A stretch of 64,000 nucleotides of DNA from Alphaproteobacteria bacterium (GTDB lineage: Bacteria; Pseudomonadota; Alphaproteobacteria; Bin95): positions 1,536,001 through 1,600,000 of the forward strand of contig OZ219787.1 of assembly GCA_964291285.2 (NCBI GenBank), given 5' to 3'. Under the pieces are notes generated by a model, which did no database searches, was not told the origin of the DNA, and saw only the letters and a list, made by a program, of their open reading frames with translations. Made by a program: the position numbers and the translations under genes. Below, in pieces: positions 61,627 through 64,000 of the stretch (positions are counted from its first letter, which is position 1; each line of letters begins with the position of its first letter).

Positions 61627-62988
61627 ATGGCGGCGGCGGTAGAGGCGCAAGACGCGATAGAAGACCGCCGCGAGCTCGTGGAATGGTTCGAGCAGGGCTG
61701 CAAGCCGCCGGAGGACTGGCGCTGCGGGACCGAGCACGAGAAATTCGTCTTCAGGCGGTCCGACCTCTCGCGCCCCGGCTATGACGGTCCCGACGGCATC
61801 GGCGAGCTGCTGCGCAGGCTGGAAGCCTTCGGCTGGCAGCCCAAACGGGAGGCCGGCAACACCATCGCGCTCGCCATGGACAGGGCGAGCATCACGCTGG
61901 AGCCGGGGGGCCAGTTCGAGCTTTCCGGGGCGCCGCTGGAAACCGTCCACCAGACCTGCGACGAGGTGCATGACCATCTCGACCAGTGCCGGCAGGTCGG
62001 CGACGCGATGGGGCTCGGCTTCGTCGGCCTCGGCTTCGACCCGAAATGGCGCCGGGAGGACATTCCCTGGATGCCGAAGGGCCGCTACGCGGTGATGCGC
62101 CGCTACATGCCCACGGTCGGCTCGCTCGGCCTCGACATGATGCTCCGCACCTGCACCGTGCAGGTGAACCTCGACTATGCCGACGAGGCCGACATGGTGG
62201 ACAAGTTCCGCCTGTCGCTGGCCCTGCAGCCGCTGACGACGGTGCTGTTTGCCGATTCGCCCTTCAGGGAGGGCGCGCTGACGGACTGGCTGAGCCTGCG
62301 CTCGCATGTGTGGACCGATACCGACCCGGACCGCTGCGGCATGCTGGGATTCGTCTTCGAGGACGGTTTCGGGTTCGAGCGCTACGCGGAATATTGCCTC
62401 GATGTGCCGATGTATTTCGTCTATCGGGACGGGCGCTATATCGACGTGGCGGGCCGGTCATTCCGCGATTTCCTCGAAGGGCGGCTGCCGGAACTGCCCG
62501 GCGAGCGCCCGCATATCGGCGACTGGGAGGACCATGTGACAACCGCCTTCCCGGAAGTGCGGATGAAGCGCTACCTGGAGCTGCGCGGCGCGGACGGCGG
62601 GCCGTGGGGACGCCTTTGCGGCCTGCCGGCGCTCTGGATCGGGCTGCTTTACGACGGCGCGGCGCGGGCCGCGGGCTGGGACCTCTGCAAGCACTGGACC
62701 GACGAGGAACGGGAACGCCTGCGCGCAGACGCGCCGCGCCTCGGCTTTGCGGCAGAGGCGGGGGGCCGGCCGCTCCGCGACATCGCGAAGGACATGGTCG
62801 CCATCGCCCGGCAGGGGCTGAAGGCGCGCGCGCGGCTCGACGGCGGCGGCAATGACGAGACCGGCTTCCTCTCCGACCTCGAGGAGATCGCGGAAAGCGG
62901 CGTTACCGCCGCCGAACGCAAGCGCGCGCTGTTCGAGGGCCGCTGGGGCGGCAGGGTCGATCCCGTGTTCGAGGAGTTCGCATATTGA
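61627..62988 (+). CDS. gshA: Glutamate-cysteine ligase
   Basis: GTEHEKF, LEPGGQFELSG, TCTVQVNLD and FPEVR motifs. Confidence 0.96.
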   Translation: MAAAVEAQDAIEDRRELVEWFEQGCKPPEDWRCGTEHEKFVFRRSDLSRPGYDGPDGIGELLRRLEAFGWQPKREAGNTIALAMDRASITLEPGGQFELSGAPLETVHQTCDEVHDHLDQCRQVGDAMGLGFVGLGFDPKWRREDIPWMPKGRYAVMRRYMPTVGSLGLDMMLRTCTVQVNLDYADEADMVDKFRLSLALQPLTTVLFADSPFREGALTDWLSLRSHVWTDTDPDRCGMLGFVFEDGFGFERYAEYCLDVPMYFVYRDGRYIDVAGRSFRDFLEGRLPELPGERPHIGDWEDHVTTAFPEVRMKRYLELRGADGGPWGRLCGLPALWIGLLYDGAARAAGWDLCKHWTDEERERLRADAPRLGFAAEAGGRPLRDIAKDMVAIARQGLKARARLDGGGNDETGFLSDLEEIAESGVTAAERKRALFEGRWGGRVDPVFEEFAY

Positions 62989-63158
62989 CCGACGATGCGC
63001 GCGCGAAGGCCGCCGGCCTCGACCATCTCGCCGTCGAGGACAAGGCCGCCCTCGACGCCGGCACGAAGCTGGCCGACGAGCTGGCCGCCGCGCTGCCGCG
63101 CGACCACCACATGTATGAGGAGCCGGCGCTCACCTGGCGCCCGGAGCCCGGCCGGTGA
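62985..63158 (+). CDS. Small (57 aa) amidase-associated protein
   Basis: The ORF overlaps the gshA stop and the amidase start; ends ...EEPALTWRP. Confidence 0.55.
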   Translation: MTDDARAKAAGLDHLAVEDKAALDAGTKLADELAAALPRDHHMYEEPALTWRPEPGR

Positions 63159-64000
63159 CGGCGCTCCACTGGCTGACGCTCGCCGAGGCGGCGCGGGCGC
63201 TCCGCCGGCGGGAGCTTTCGGCGCTCGAATATACCGAGGCGCTGCTGGCGCGCATCGAGGCGGTCAATCCGAAGCTCGACGCCTTCGTCGCCCTGCTGGC
63301 CGACCGCGCCCGCGAGCGCGCCGCCGCGCTGGACAACGGCCCGGTGCGCGGCGCGCTGCACGGCGTGCCCTTCGGCCTCAAGGACATCATCGACGTGGCG
63401 GGCGTTCCGACCACGGCGCATTCGGCGGTGCTGAAGGACAATGTCGCGGCGAAGGACGCCGGCGTGACGCGGCGCCTCGAAGCCGCGGCCGGCGTGCTGC
63501 TCGGCAAGCTCTCGACGCATGAGTTCGCCATCGGCGGTCCGAGCTTCGACCTGCCCTGGCCGCCGGCGCGCAATCCCTGGAACACGGACTGCCATCCGGG
63601 CGGCTCGTCCTCGGGCTCCGGGGCCGGCGTGGCGGCGGGGCTGTTCCCGCTGGCGCTCGGCACGGACACGGGCGGCTCGGTGCGCAACCCGGCGTCCTGC
63701 TGCGGCATTGTCGGCATGAAGGCCACCTACGGGCGGGTGAGCCGGGCGGGCGTGGTGCCGCTCTCCTGGTCGATGGACCATATCGGCCCGATGACGCGCA
63801 CGGTCGGGGACAATGCGCTGGCGCTGGAAGTGCTGGCCGGCCACGACCCCGAGGACCCGGCGAGCGCGGATGAGCCGGTGCCCTCCTACACCGCCGGGCT
63901 GGAGGGCGGCGTCAGGGGCATGAAGATCGGCATCGTGCGCCGCTGGCACGAGGAGGACATGCCCGCCGCGCCGGAGATGCGCGCGGCCATCGACGAGGCC
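63155..64000 (+). CDS. Amidase-signature family enzyme (runs off window)
   Basis: GLKDII, GGSSSGSG and GTDTGGSVRNPA motifs. Confidence 0.93.
   Translation, partial: MTALHWLTLAEAARALRRRELSALEYTEALLARIEAVNPKLDAFVALLADRARERAAALDNGPVRGALHGVPFGLKDIIDVAGVPTTAHSAVLKDNVAAKDAGVTRRLEAAAGVLLGKLSTHEFAIGGPSFDLPWPPARNPWNTDCHPGGSSSGSGAGVAAGLFPLALGTDTGGSVRNPASCCGIVGMKATYGRVSRAGVVPLSWSMDHIGPMTRTVGDNALALEVLAGHDPEDPASADEPVPSYTAGLEGGVRGMKIGIVRRWHEEDMPAAPEMRAAIDEA

Overview
This window comes from a high-GC alphaproteobacterium (Rhodospirillales-like; the FN3 autotransporter, TauD and Slam content suggest a host-associated lifestyle, by inference). The core backbone carries panC, an RlmI-like methyltransferase, hemB, aspS, rnd, ppx, ppk1, ccmDEFGHI, HU, paaABCDE, an NMT1-type ABC transporter, a 5'-nucleotidase, a photolyase, rsmE, gshA and an amidase. 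Two related mobile elements interrupt it; each has a tandem pair of tyrosine integrases and they share a conserved end sequence. Element 1 (right end ~11145, left end not found) appears to carry a defence-island-like cargo: type I HsdR, a PD-(D/E)XK nuclease, and a lower-GC four-gene cassette of graspetide-like precursor, ATP-grasp ligase, 3-TM protein and trypsin-like serine protease. The protease 5' end is split off by an IS256 with an 8-bp TSD. Element 2 (43038-51289) sits inside the 3' end of the ABC substrate-binding gene and carries porin, a frameshifted surface lipoprotein and a Slam translocon. Several surface-protein genes have slippage-type repeats. All calls come from reading motifs by eye; no database searches were run.
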